In this document: in pieces, positions 25,801 through 40,716 of the stretch
Position numbering within the stretch: position 1 is the first letter of the stretch
Layout: each line of letters starts with the position of its first letter
Source of the DNA: Auanema rhodensis
Lineage: Eukaryota > Animalia > Nematoda
Length of the DNA: 64,000 nt
Direction of reading: 5' to 3'
Assembly: GCA_964057225.1 (NCBI GenBank)
Contig: OZ059896.1
Span: forward strand, 1,736,001 to 1,800,000
The notes under the pieces: generated by a model
Databases searched by the model: none
What the model saw: only the letters and a program-made list of their open reading frames with translations
Told to the model about the DNA's origin: nothing
Program-made: the position numbers and the translations under genes

Positions 25801-28800
25801 CATCGTTTTTGCCTTGAAAAAAGGAATCTAAAAACATCTACTTTTTGCTAAATTATTTTGAAATTTTTCGAAAAAATTTTTGTCAAAATGTTTTTGGAAG
25901 CAATTTTGAGTGTACATGGAAACTCAACATACACTAATGCATCATTTTTCAAACGATCATAACTAATTTTTGTATTTAGCTTTTCTCAATGTAATATAGT
26001 GCATTCGATGCGGATTTTCAAGCTGCGTCGATCTGTGTTATCAGATTTGCGCTAGCTTAAAAATGCACCGAGATATCAACTGATATAAGTTCACACTTAT
26101 ATCCTCGATTTTCACCCTGAAGAATTAATTTTTTCGTTGAATAACATTGTCCATCGTTTTTGCCTTGAAAAAAGGAATCTAAAAACATCTACTTTTTGCT
26201 AAATTATTTTGAAATTTTTCGAAAAAATTTTTGTCAAAATGTTTTTGGAAGCAATTTTGAGTGTACATGGAAACTCAACATACACTAATGCATCATTTTT
26301 CAAACGATCATAACTAATTTTTGTATTAAGCGTTTCTCAATGTTGTATAGTGCATTCGATGCGGATTTTTAAGCTGCGTCGATCTGTACTATCAGATTTG
26401 CGCTAGCTTGAAAATGCACCGAGATATCAACTGATATAAGTTCACACCTATATCCTCGATTTTCACCCTGAAGAATTAATTTTTTCGTTGAATAACATTG
26501 TCTATCGTTTTTGCCTTGAAAAAAGGAATCTAAAAACATCTACTTTTTGCTAAATTATTCTCAAATTTTTCGAAAAAATTTTTGTCAAAATGTTTTTGGA
26601 AGCAATTTTGAGTGTACATGGAAACTCAACATACACTAATGCATCATTTTTCAAACGATCATAACTAATTTTTGTATTAAGCGTTTCTCAATGTAGTATA
26701 GTGCATTCGATGCGGATTTTTAAGCTGCGTCGATCTGTGTTATCAGATTTGCGCTAGCTTAAAAATGCACCGAGATATCAACTGATATAAGTTCACACTT
26801 ATATTCTCGATTTTCACCCTGAAGAAATAAATTTTTCGTTGAATAACATTGTCCATCGTTTTTGCCTTGAAAAAAGAAATCTAAAAACATCTACTTTTTG
26901 CTAAATTATTTTGAAATTTTTCGAAAAAATTTTTGTCAAAATGTTTTTGGAAGCAATTTTGAGTGTACATGGAAACTCAACATACACTAATGCATCATTT
27001 TTCAAACGATCATAACTAATTTTTGTATTCAGCTTTTTTCAATGTAGTATAGTGCATTCGATGCGGATTTTTATGCTGCGTCGATCTGTGTTATCAGATT
27101 TGCGCTAGCTTAAAAATGCACCGAGATATCAACTGATATAAGTTTACACTTATATCCTCGATTTTCACCCTGAAGAAATAATTTTTTCGTTGAATAACAT
27201 TGTCCATCGTTTTTGCCTTGAAAAAAGGAATCTAAAAACATCTACTTTTTGCTAAATTATTTTGAAATTTTTCGAAAAAATTTTTGTCAAAATGTTTTTG
27301 GAAGCAATTTTGAGTGTACATGGAAACTCAACATACACTAATGCATCATTTTTCAAACGATCATAACTAATTTTTGTATTTAGCTTTTCTCAATGTAATA
27401 TAGTGCATTCGATGCGGATTTTCAAGCTGCGTCGATCTGTGTTATCAGATTTGCGCTAGCTTAAAAATGCACCGAGATATCAACTGATATAAGTTCACAC
27501 TTATATCCTCGATTTTCACCCTGAAGAATTAATTTTTTCGTTGAATAACATTGTCCATCGTTTTTGCCTTGAAAAAAGGAATCTAAAAACATCTACTTTT
27601 TGCTAAATTATTTTGAAATTTTTCGAAAAAATTTTTGTCAAAATGTTTTTGGAAGCAATTTTGAGTGTACATGGAAACTCAACATACACTAATGCATCAT
27701 TTTTCAAACGATCATAACTAATTTTTGTATTAAGCGTTTCTCAATGTTGTATAGTGCATTCGATGCGGATTTTTAAGCTGCGTCGATCTGTACTATCAGA
27801 TTTGCGCTAGCTTGAAAATGCACCGAGATATCAACTGATATAAGTTCACACCTATATCCTCGATTTTCACCCTGAAGAATTATTTTTTTCGTTGAATAAC
27901 ATTGTCTATCGTTTTTGCCTTGAAAAAAGGAATCTAAAAACATCTACTTTTTGCTAAATTATTTTGAAATTTTTCGAAAAAATTTTTGTCAAAATGTTTT
28001 TGGAAGCAATTTTGAGTGTACATGGAAACTCAACATACACTAATGCATCATTTTTCAAACGATCATAACTAATTTTTGTATTAAGCGTTTCTCAATGTTG
28101 TATAGTGCATTCGATGCGGATTTTTAAGCTGCGTCGATCTGTACTATCAGATTTGCGCTAGCTTGAAAATGCACCGAGATATCAACTGATATAAGTTCAC
28201 ACCTATATCCTCGATTTTCACCCTGAAGAATTATTTTTTTCGTTGAATAACATTGTCTATCGTTTTTGCCTTGAAAAAAGGAATCTAAAAACATCTACTT
28301 TTTGCTAAATTATTTTGAAATTTTTCGAAAAAATTTTTGTCAAAATGTTTTTGGAAGCAATTTTGAGTGTACATGGAAACTCAACATACACTAATGCATC
28401 ATTTTTCAAACGATCATAACTAATTTTTGTATTAAGCGTTTCTCAATGTTGTATAGTGCATTCGATGCGGATTTTTAAGCTGCGTCGATCTGTACTATCA
28501 GATTTGCGCTAGCTTGAAAATGCACCGAGATATCAACTGATATAAGTTCACACCTATATCCTCGATTTTCACCCTGAAGAATTAATTTTTTCGTTGAATA
28601 ACATTGTCTATCGTTTTTGCCTTGAAAAAAGGAATCTAAAAACATCTACTTTTTGCTAAATTATTCTCAAATTTTTCGAAAAAATTTTTGTCAAAATGTT
28701 TTTGGAAGCAATTTTGAGTGTACATGGAAACTCAACATACACTAATGCATCATTTTTCAAACGATCATAACTAATTTTTGTATTAAGCGTTTCTCAATGT

Positions 28801-31800
28801 AGTATAGTGCATTCGATGCGGATTTTTAAGCTGCGTCGATCTGTGTTATCAGATTTGCGCTAGCTTAAAAATGCACCGAGATATCAACTGATATAAGTTC
28901 ACACTTATATTCTCGATTTTCACCCTGAAGAAATAAATTTTTCGTTGAATAACATTGTCCATCGTTTTTGCCTTGAAAAAAGAAATCTAAAAACATCTAC
29001 TTTTTGCTAAATTATTTTGAAATTTTTCGAAAAAATTTTTGTCAAAATGTTTTTGGAAGCAATTTTGAGTGTACATGGAAACTCAACATACACTAATGCA
29101 TCATTTTTCAAACGATCATAACTAATTTTTGTATTCAGCTTTTTTCAATGTAGTATAGTGCATTCGATGCGGATTTTTATGCTGCGTCGATCTGTGTTAT
29201 CAGATTTGCGCTAGCTTAAAAATGCACCGAGATATCAACTGATATAAGTTTACACTTATATCCTCGATTTTCACCCTGAAGAAATAATTTTTTCGTTGAA
29301 TAACATTGTCCATCGTTTTTGCCTTGAAAAAAGGAATCTAAAAACATCTACTTTTTGCTAAATTATTTTGAAATTTTTCGAAAAAATTTTTGTCAAAATG
29401 TTTTTGGAAGCAATTTTGAGTGTACATGGAAACTCAACATACACTAATGCATCATTTTTCAAACGATCATAACTAATTTTTGTATTTAGCTTTTCTCAAT
29501 GTAATATAGTGCATTCGATGCGGATTTTCAAGCTGCGTCGATCTGTGTTATCAGATTTGCGCTAGCTTAAAAATGCACCGAGATATCAACTGATATAAGT
29601 TCACACTTATATCCTCGATTTTCACCCTGAAGAATTAATTTTTTCGTTGAATAACATTGTCCATCGTTTTTGCCTTGAAAAAAGGAATCTAAAAACATCT
29701 ACTTTTTGCTAAATTATTTTGAAATTTTTCGAAAAAATTTTTGTCAAAATGTTTTTGGAAGCAATTTTGAGTGTACATGGAAACTCAACATACACTAATG
29801 CATCATTTTTCAAACGATCATAACTAATTTTTGTATTTAGCTTTTCTCAATGTAATATAGTGCATTCGATGCGGATTTTTATGCTGCGTCGATCTGTGTT
29901 ATCAGATTTGCGCTAGCTTAAAAATGCACCGAGATATCAACTGATATAAGTTTACACTTATATCCTCGATTTTCACCCTGAAGAAATAATTTTTTCGTTG
30001 AATAACATTGTCCATCGTTTTTGCCTTGAAAAAAGGAATCTAAAAACATCTACTTTTTGCTAAATTATTTTGAAATTTTTCGAAAAAATTTTTGTCAAAA
30101 TGTTTTTGGAAGCAATTTTGAGTGTACATGGAAACTCAACATACACTAATGCATCATTTTTCAAACGATCATAACTAATTTTTGTATTTAGCTTTTCTCA
30201 ATGTAATATAGTGCATTCGATGCGGATTTTCAAGCTGCGTCGATCTGTGTTATCAGATTTGCGCTAGCTTAAAAATGCACCGAGATATCAACTGATATAA
30301 GTTCACACTTATATCCTCGATTTTCACCCTGAAGAATTAATTTTTTCGTTGAATAACATTGTCCATCGTTTTTGCCTTGAAAAAAGGAATCTAAAAACAT
30401 CTACTTTTTGCTAAATTATTTTGAAATTTTTCGAAAAAATTTTTGTCAAAATGTTTTTGGAAGCAATTTTGAGTGTACATGGAAACTCAACATACACTAA
30501 TGCATCATTTTTCAAACGATCATAACTAATTTTTGTATTAAGCGTTTCTCAATGTTGTATAGTGCATTCGATGCGGATTTTTAAGCTGCGTCGATCTGTA
30601 CTATCAGATTTGCGCTAGCTTGAAAATGCACCGAGATATCAACTGATATAAGTTCACACCTATATCCTCGATTTTCACCCTGAAGAATTATTTTTTTCGT
30701 TGAATAACATTGTCTATCGTTTTTGCCTTGAAAAAAGGAATCTAAAAACATCTACTTTTTGCTAAATTATTCTCAAATTTTTCGAAAAAATTTTTGTCAA
30801 AATGTTTTTGGAAGCAATTTTGAGTGTACATGGAAACTCAACATACACTAATGCATCATTTTTCAAACGATCATAACTAATTTTTGTATTAAGCGTTTCT
30901 CAATGTAGTAAAGTGCATTCGATGCGGATTTTTAAGCTGCGTCGATCTGTGTTATCAGATTTGCGCTAGCTTGAAAATGCACCGAGATATCAACTGATAT
31001 AAGTTCACACTTATATCCTCGATTTTCACCCTGAAGAATTAATTTTTTCGTTGAATAACATTGTCTATCGTTTTTGCCTTGAAAAAAGGAATCTAAAAAC
31101 ATCTACTTTTTGCTAAATTATTCTCAAATTTTTCGAAAAAATTTTTGTCAAAATGTTTTTGGAAGCAATTTTGAGTGTACATGGAAACTCAACATACACT
31201 AATGCATCATTTTTCAAACGATCATAACTGATTTTTGTATTTAGCTTTTCTCAATGTAATATAGTGCATTCGATGCGGATTTTCAAGCTGCGTCGATCTG
31301 TGTTATCAGATTTGCGCTAGCTTAAAAATGCACCGAGATATCAACTGATATAAGTTCACACTTATATCCTCGATTTTCACCCTGAAGAATTAATTTTTTC
31401 GTTGAATAACATTGTCCATCGTTTTTGCCTTGAAAAAAGGAATCTAAAAACATCTACTTTTTGCTAAATTATTTTGAAATTTTTCGAAAAAATTTTTGTC
31501 AAAATGTTTTTGGAAGCAATTTTGAGTGTACATGGAAACTCAACATACACTAATGCATCATTTTTCAAACGATCATAACTAATTTTTGTATTAAGCGTTT
31601 CTCAATGTTGTATAGTGCATTCGATGCGGATTTTTAAGCTGCGTCGATCTGTACTATCAGATTTGCGCTAGCTTGAAAATGCACCGAGATATCAACTGAT
31701 ATAAGTTCACACCTATATCCTCGATTTTCACCCTGAAGAATTAATTTTTTCGTTGAATAACATTGTCTATCGTTTTTGCCTTGAAAAAAGGAATCTAAAA

Positions 31801-34800
31801 ACATCTACTTTTTGCTAAATTATTCTCAAATTTTTCGAAAAAATTTTTGTCAAAATGTTTTTGGAAGCAATTTTGAGTGTACATGGAAACTCAACATACA
31901 CTAATGCATCATTTTTCAAACGATCATAACTAATTTTTGTATTAAGCGTTTCTCAATGTAGTATAGTGCATTCGATGCGGATTTTTAAGCTGCGTCGATC
32001 TGTGTTATCAGATTTGCGCTAGCTTGAAAATGCACCGAGATATCAACTGATATAAGTTCACACTTATATCCTCGATTTTCACCCTGAAGAATTAATTTTT
32101 TCGTTGAATAACATTGTCTATCGTTTTTGCCTTGAAAAAAGGAATCTAAAAACATCTACTTTTTGCTAAATTATTCTCAAATTTTTCGAAAAAATTTTTG
32201 TCAAAATGTTTTTGGAAGCAATTTTGAGTGTACATGGAAACTCAACATACACTAATGCATCATTTTTCAAACGATCATAACTAATTTTTGTATTAAGCGT
32301 TTCTCAATGTAGTATAGTGCATTCGATGCGGATTTTTAAGCTGCGTCGATCTGTACTATCAGATTTGCGCTAGCTTGAAAATGCACCGAGATATCAACTG
32401 ATATAAGTTCACACTTATATCCTCGATTTTCACCCTGAAGAAATAATTTTTTCGTTGAATAACATTGTCCATCGTTTTTGCCTTGAAAAAAGGAATCTAA
32501 AAACATCTACTTTTTGCTAAATTATTTTGAAATTTTTCGAAAAAATTTTTGTCAAAATGTTTTTGGAAGCAATTTTGAGTGTACATGGAAACTCAACATA
32601 CACTAATGCATCATTTTTCAAACGATCATAACTAATTTTTGTATTTAGCTTTTCTCAATGTTATATAGTGCATTCGATGCGGATTTTTAAGCTGCGTCGA
32701 TCTGTGTTATCAGATTTGCGCTAGCTTAAAAATGCACCGAGATATCAACTGATATAAGTTCACACCTATATCCTCGATTTTCACCCTGAAGAATTAATTT
32801 TTTCGTTGAATAACATTGTCTATCGTTTTTGCCTTGAAAAAAGAAATCTAAAAACATCTACTTTTTGCTAAATTATTTTGAAATTTTTCGAAAAAATTTT
32901 TGTCAAAATGTTTTTGGAAGCAATTTTGAGTGTACATGGAAACTCAACATACACTAATGCATCATTTTTCAAACGATCATAACTAATTTTTGTATTTAGC
33001 TTTTCTCAATGTTATATAGTGCATTCGATGCGGATTTTTAAGCTGCGTCGATCTGTGTTATCAGATTTGCGCTAGCTTAAAAATGCACCGAGATATCAAC
33101 TGATATAAGTTCACACATATATTCTCGATTTTCACCCTGAAGAAATAATTTTTTCGTTGAATAACATTGTCCATCGTTTTTGCCTTGAAAAAAGGAATCT
33201 AAAAACATCTACTTTTTGCTAAATTATTCTGAAATTTTTCGAAAAAATTTTTGTCAAAATGTTTTTGGAAGCAATTTTGAGTGTACATGGAAACTCAACA
33301 TACACTAATGCATCATTTTTCAAACGATCATAACTAATTTTTGTATTAAGCGTTTCTCAATGTAGTATAGTGCATTCGATGCGGATTTTTAAGCTGCGTC
33401 GATCTGTACTATCAGATTTGCGCTAGCTTGAAAATGCACCGAGATATCAACTGATATAAGTTCACACCTATATCCTCGGTTTTCACCCTGAAGAATTAAT
33501 TTTTTCGTTGAATAACATTGTCTATCGTTTTTGCCTTGAAAAAAGGAATCTAAAAACATCTACTTTTTGCTAAATTATTTTGAAATTTTTCGAAAAAATT
33601 TTTGTCAAAATGTTTTTGGAAGCAATTTTGAGTGTACATGGAAACTCAACATACACTAATGCATCATTTTTCAAACGATCATAACTAATTTTTGTATTAA
33701 GCGTTTCTCAATGTTGTATAGTGCATTCGATGCGGATTTTTAAGCTGCGTCGATCTGTACTATCAGATTTGCGCTAGCTTGAAAATGCACCGAGATATCA
33801 ACTGATATAAGTTCACACTTATATCCTCGATTTTCACCCTGAAGAATTAATTTTTTCGTTGAATAACATTGTCTATCGTTTTTGCCTTGAAAAAAGGAAT
33901 CTAAAAACATCTACTTTTTGCTAAATTATTCTCAAATTTTTCGAAAAAATTTTTGTCAAAATGTTTTTGGAAGCAATTTTGAGTGTACATGGAAACTCAA
34001 CATACACTAATGCATCATTTTTCAAACGATCATAACTAATTTTTGTATTAAGCGTTTCTCAATGTAGTATAGTGCATTCGATGCGGATTTTTAAGCTGCG
34101 TCGATCTGTGTTATCAGATTTGCGCTAGCTTAAAAATGCACCGAGATATCAACTGATATAAGTTCACACTTATATTCTCGATTTTCACCCTGAAGAAATA
34201 ATTTTTTCGTTGAATAACATTGTCCATCGTTTTTGCCTTGAAAAAAGAAATCTAAAAACATCTACTTTTTGCTAAATTATTTTGAAATTTTTCGAAAAAA
34301 TTTTTGTCAAAATGTTTTTGGAAGCAATTTTGAGTGTACATGGAAACTCAACATACACTAATGCATCATTTTTCAAACGATCATAACTAATTTTTGTATT
34401 CAGCTTTTTTCAATGTAGTATAGTGCATTCGATGCGGATTTTTATGCTGCGTCGATCTGTGTTATCAGATTTGCGCTAGCTTAAAAATGCACCGAGATAT
34501 CAACTGATATAAGTTTACACTTATATCCTCGATTTTCACCCTGAAGAAATAATTTTTTCGTTGAATAACATTGTCCATCGTTTTTGCCTTGAAAAAAGGA
34601 ATCTAAAAACATCTACTTTTTGCTAAATTATTTTGAAATTTTTCGAAAAAATTTTTGTCAAAATGTTTTTGGAAGCAATTTTGAGTGTACATGGAAACTC
34701 AACATACACTAATGCATCATTTTTCAAACGATCATAACTAATTTTTGTATTTAGCTTTTCTCAATGTAATATAGTGCATTCGATGCGGATTTTCAAGCTG

Positions 34801-35451
34801 CGTCGATCTGTGTTATCAGATTTGCGCTAGCTTAAAAATGCACCGAGATATCAACTGATATAAGTTCACACTTATATCCTCGATTTTCACCCTGAAGAAT
34901 TAATTTTTTCGTTGAATAACATTGTCCATCGTTTTTGCCTTGAAAAAAGGAATCTAAAAACATCTACTTTTTGCTAAATTATTTTGAAATTTTTCGAAAA
35001 AATTTTTGTCAAAATGTTTTTGGAAGCAATTTTGAGTGTACATGGAAACTCAACATACACTAATGCATCATTTTTCAAACGATCATAACTAATTTTTGTA
35101 TTAAGCGTTTCTCAATGTTGTATAGTGCATTCGATGCGGATTTTTAAGCTGCGTCGATCTGTACTATCAGATTTGCGCTAGCTTGAAAATGCACCGAGAT
35201 ATCAACTGATATAAGTTCACACCTATATCCTCGATTTTCACCCTGAAGAATTAATTTTTTCGTTGAATAACATTGTCTATCGTTTTTGCCTTGAAAAAAG
35301 GAATCTAAAAACATCTACTTTTTGCTAAATTATTCTCAAATTTTTCGAAAAAATTTTTGTCAAAATGTTTTTGGAAGCAATTTTGAGTGTACATGGAAAC
35401 TCAACATACACTAATGCATCATTTTTCAAACGATCATAACTAATTTTTGTA
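16849..35451 (+). repeat. Dominant 4-mer higher-order repeat (types B-E-F-H, 1404 bp) with internal monomer gains and losses
   Basis: The order is B (ttCag..taTgct..ttTacac..gaaAta), E (gtaAt, tttCaag), F (tAagcG, gtTgt, gtACta, cttGaa, cacCt, gtcTat, tCtC), H (tAagcG, tatTc, gaaAta, aagAaatc). Complete units start at 16849, 20359 and 25624, with interrupted units around them. Confidence 0.8.
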
Positions 35452-37206
35452 TTAAGCGTTTCTCAATGTAGTATAGTGCATTCGATGCGGATTTTTAAGC
35501 TGCGTCGATCTGTGTTATCAGATTTGCGCTAGCTTGAAAATGCACCGAGATATCAACTGATATAAGTTCACACTTATATCCTCGATTTTCACCCTGAAGA
35601 ATTAATTTTTTCGTTGAATAACATTGTCTATCGTTTTTGCCTTGAAAAAAGGAATCTAAAAACATCTACTTTTTGCTAAATTATTCTCAAATTTTTCGAA
35701 AAAATTTTTGTCAAAATGTTTTTGGAAGCAATTTTGAGTGTACATGGAAACTCAACATACACTAATGCATCATTTTTCAAACGATCATAACTAATTTTTG
35801 TATTAAGCGTTTCTCAATGTAGTATAGTGCATTCGATGCGGATTTTTAAGCTGCGTCGATCTGTACTATCAGATTTGCGCTAGCTTGAAAATGCACCGAG
35901 ATATCAACTGATATAAGTTCACACTTATATCCTCGATTTTCACCCTGAAGAAATAATTTTTTCGTTGAATAACATTGTCCATCGTTTTTGCCTTGAAAAA
36001 AGGAATCTAAAAACATCTACTTTTTGCTAAATTATTTTGAAATTTTTCGAAAAAATTTTTGTCAAAATGTTTTTGGAAGCAATTTTGAGTGTACATGGAA
36101 ACTCAACATACACTAATGCATCATTTTTCAAACGATCATAACTAATTTTTGTATTTAGCTTTTCTCAATGTTATATAGTGCATTCGATGCGGATTTTTAA
36201 GCTGCGTCGATCTGTGTTATCAGATTTGCGCTAGCTTAAAAATGCACCGAGATATCAACTGATATAAGTTCACACCTATATCCTCGATTTTCACCCTGAA
36301 GAATTAATTTTTTCGTTGAATAACATTGTCTATCGTTTTTGCCTTGAAAAAAGAAATCTAAAAACATCTACTTTTTGCTAAATTATTTTGAAATTTTTCG
36401 AAAAAATTTTTGTCAAAATGTTTTTGGAAGCAATTTTGAGTGTACATGGAAACTCAACATACACTAATGCATCATTTTTCAAACGATCATAACTAATTTT
36501 TGTATTTAGCTTTTCTCAATGTTATATAGTGCATTCGATGCGGATTTTTAAGCTGCGTCGATCTGTGTTATCAGATTTGCGCTAGCTTAAAAATGCACCG
36601 AGATATCAACTGATATAAGTTCACACATATATTCTCGATTTTCACCCTGAAGAAATAATTTTTTCGTTGAATAACATTGTCCATCGTTTTTGCCTTGAAA
36701 AAAGGAATCTAAAAACATCTACTTTTTGCTAAATTATTCTGAAATTTTTCGAAAAAATTTTTGTCAAAATGTTTTTGGAAGCAATTTTGAGTGTACATGG
36801 AAACTCAACATACACTAATGCATCATTTTTCAAACGATCATAACTAATTTTTGTATTAAGCGTTTCTCAATGTAGTATAGTGCATTCGATGCGGATTTTT
36901 AAGCTGCGTCGATCTGTACTATCAGATTTGCGCTAGCTTGAAAATGCACCGAGATATCAACTGATATAAGTTCACACCTATATCCTCGGTTTTCACCCTG
37001 AAGAATTAATTTTTTCGTTGAATAACATTGTCTATCGTTTTTGCCTTGAAAAAAGGAATCTAAAAACATCTACTTTTTGCTAAATTATTTTGAAATTTTT
37101 CGAAAAAATTTTTGTCAAAATGTTTTTGGAAGCAATTTTGAGTGTACATGGAAACTCAACATACACTAATGCATCATTTTTCAAACGATCATAACTAATT
37201 TTTGTA
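31240..37206 (+). repeat. 7-monomer block duplicated at a 10-monomer (3510 bp) offset
   Basis: Monomers at 31240-33696 match those at 34750-37206 in type order. The private allele cctcgGtttt occurs at 33479 and 36989. Confidence 0.85.
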
Positions 37207-38259
37207 TTTAGCTTTTCTCAATGTAGTATAGTGCATTCGATGCGGATTTTTAAGCTGCGTCGATCTGTGTTATCAGATTTGCGCTAGCTTAAAAATGCAC
37301 CGAGATATCAACTGATATAAGTTCACACATATATCCTCGATTTTCACCCTGAAGAATTAATTTTTTCGTTGAATAACATTGTCCATCGTTTTTGCCTTGA
37401 AAAAAGGAATCTAAAAACAACTACTTTTTGCTAAATTATTCTCAAATTTTTCGAAAAAATTTTTGTCAAAATGTTTTTGGAAGCAATTTTGAGTGTACAT
37501 GGAAACTCAACATACACTAATGCATCATTTTTCAAACGATCATAACTAATTTTTGTATTTAGCTTTTCTCAATGTAGTATAGTGCATTCGATGCGGATTT
37601 TTAAGCTGCGTCGATCTGTGTTATCAGATTTGCGCTAGCTTAAAAATGCACCGAGATATCAACTGATATAAGTTCACACTTATATTCTCGATTTTCACCC
37701 TGAAGAAATAATTTTTTCGTTGAATAACATTGTCCATCGTTTTTGCCTTGAAAAAAGAAATCTAAAAACATCTACTTTTTGCTAAATTATTTTGAAATTT
37801 TTCGAAAAAATTTTTGTCAAAATGTTTTTGGAAGCAATTTTGAGTGTACATGGAAACTCAACATACACTAATGCATCATTTTTCAAACGATCATAACTAA
37901 TTTTTGTATTTAGCTTTTCTCAATGTTATATAGTGCATTCGATGCGGATTTTTAAGCTGCGTCGATCTGTGTTATCAGATTTGCGCTAGCTTAAAAATGC
38001 ACCGAGATATCAACTGATATAAGTTCACACTTATATTCTCGATTTTCACCCTGAAGAAATAATTTTTTCGTTGAATAACATTGTCCATCGTTTTTGCCTT
38101 GAAAAAAGAAATCTAAAAACATCTACTTTTTGCTAAATTATTTTGAAATTTTTCGAAAAAATTTTTGTCAAAATGTTTTTGGAAGCAATTTTGAGTGTAC
38201 ATGGAAACTCAACATACACTAATGCATCATTTTTCAAACGATCATAACTAATTTTTGTA

Positions 38260-40716
38260 TTAAGCGTTTCTCAATGTAGTATAGTGCATTCGATGCGGAT
38301 TTTTAAGCTGCGTCGATCTGTACTATCAGATTTGCGCTAGCTTGAAAATGCACCGAGATATCAACTGATATAAGTTCACACCTATATCCTCGATTTTCAC
38401 CCTGAAGAATTAATTTTTTCGTTGAATAACATTGTCTATCGTTTTTGCCTTGAAAAAAGGAATCTAAAAACATCTACTTTTTGCTAAATTATTTTGAAAT
38501 TTTTCGAAAAAATTTTTGTCAAAATGTTTTTGGAAGCAATTTTGAGTGTACATGGAAACTCAACATACACTAATGCATCATTTTTCAAACGATCATAACT
38601 AATTTTTGTATTTAGCTTTTCTCAATGTTATATAGTGCATTCGATGCGGATTTTTAAGCTGCGTCGATCTGTGTTATCAGATTTGCGCTAGCTTAAAAAT
38701 GCACCGAGATATCAACTGATATAAGTTCACACTTATATTCTCGATTTTCACCCTGAAGAATTAATTTTTTCGTTGAATAACATTGTCCATCGTTTTTGCC
38801 TTGAAAAAAGGAATCTAAAAACAACTACTTTTTGCTAAATTATTCTCAAATTTTTCGAAAAAATTTTTGTCAAAATGTTTTTGGAAGCAATTTTGAGTGT
38901 ACATGGAAACTCAACATACACTAATGCATCATTTTTCAAACGATCATAACTAATTTTTGTATTTAGCTTTTCTCAATGTAGTATAGTGCATTCGATGCGG
39001 ATTTTTAAGCTGCGTCGATCTGTGTTATCAGATTTGCGCTAGCTTAAAAATGCACCGAGATATCAACTGATATAAGTTCACACTTATATTCTCGATTTTC
39101 ACCCTGAAGAAATAATTTTTTCGTTGAATAACATTGTCCATCGTTTTTGCCTTGAAAAAAGAAATCTAAAAACATCTACTTTTTGCTAAATTATTTTGAA
39201 ATTTTTCGAAAAAATTTTTGTCAAAATGTTTTTGGAAGCAATTTTGAGTGTACATGGAAACTCAACATACACTAATGCATCATTTTTCAAACGATCATAA
39301 CTAATTTTTGTATTAAGCGTTTCTCAATGTAGTATAGTGCATTCGATGCGGATTTTTAAGCTGCGTCGATCTGTACTATCAGATTTGCGCTAGCTTGAAA
39401 ATGCACCGAGATATCAACTGATATAAGTTCACACCTATATCCTCGATTTTCACCCTGAAGAATTAATTTTTTCGTTGAATAACATTGTCTATCGTTTTTG
39501 CCTTGAAAAAAGGAATCTAAAAACATCTACTTTTTGCTAAATTATTTTGAAATTTTTCGAAAAAATTTTTGTCAAAATGTTTTTGGAAGCAATTTTGAGT
39601 GTACATGGAAACTCAACATACACTAATGCATCATTTTTCAAACGATCATAACTAATTTTTGTATTTAGCTTTTCTCAATGTTATATAGTGCATTCGATGC
39701 GGATTTTTAAGCTGCGTCGATCTGTGTTATCAGATTTGCGCTAGCTTAAAAATGCACCGAGATATCAACTGATATAAGTTCACACTTATATTCTCGATTT
39801 TCACCCTGAAGAATTAATTTTTTCGTTGAATAACATTGTCCATCGTTTTTGCCTTGAAAAAAGGAATCTAAAAACAACTACTTTTTGCTAAATTATTCTC
39901 AAATTTTTCGAAAAAATTTTTGTCAAAATGTTTTTGGAAGCAATTTTGAGTGTACATGGAAACTCAACATACACTAATGCATCATTTTTCAAACGATCAT
40001 AACTAATTTTTGTATTTAGCTTTTCTCAATGTAGTATAGTGCATTCGATGCGGATTTTTAAGCTGCGTCGATCTGTGTTATCAGATTTGCGCTAGCTTAA
40101 AAATGCACCGAGATATCAACTGATATAAGTTCACACTTATATTCTCGATTTTCACCCTGAAGAAATAATTTTTTCGTTGAATAACATTGTCCATCGTTTT
40201 TGCCTTGAAAAAAGAAATCTAAAAACATCTACTTTTTGCTAAATTATTTTGAAATTTTTCGAAAAAATTTTTGTCAAAATGTTTTTGGAAGCAATTTTGA
40301 GTGTACATGGAAACTCAACATACACTAATGCATCATTTTTCAAACGATCATAACTAATTTTTGTATTAAGCGTTTCTCAATGTAGTATAGTGCATTCGAT
40401 GCGGATTTTTAAGCTGCGTCGATCTGTACTATCAGATTTGCACTAGCTTGAAAATGCACCGAGATATCAACTGATATAAGTTCACACCTATATCCTCGAT
40501 TTTCACCCTGAAGAATTAATTTTTTCGTTGAATAACATTGTCTATCGTTTTTGCCTTGAAAAAAGGAATCTAAAAACATCTACTTTTTGCTAAATTATTT
40601 TGAAATTTTTCGAAAAAATTTTTGTCAAAATGTTTTTGGAAGCAATTTTGAGTGTACATGGAAACTCAACATACACTAATGCATCATTTTTCAAACGATC
40701 ATAACTAATTTTTGTA
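38260..40716 (+). repeat. Local 3-mer higher-order repeat (1053 bp), about 2.3 copies
   Basis: The same triplet of types starts at 38260 and 39313, with a third first-type monomer at 40366. Confidence 0.75.
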
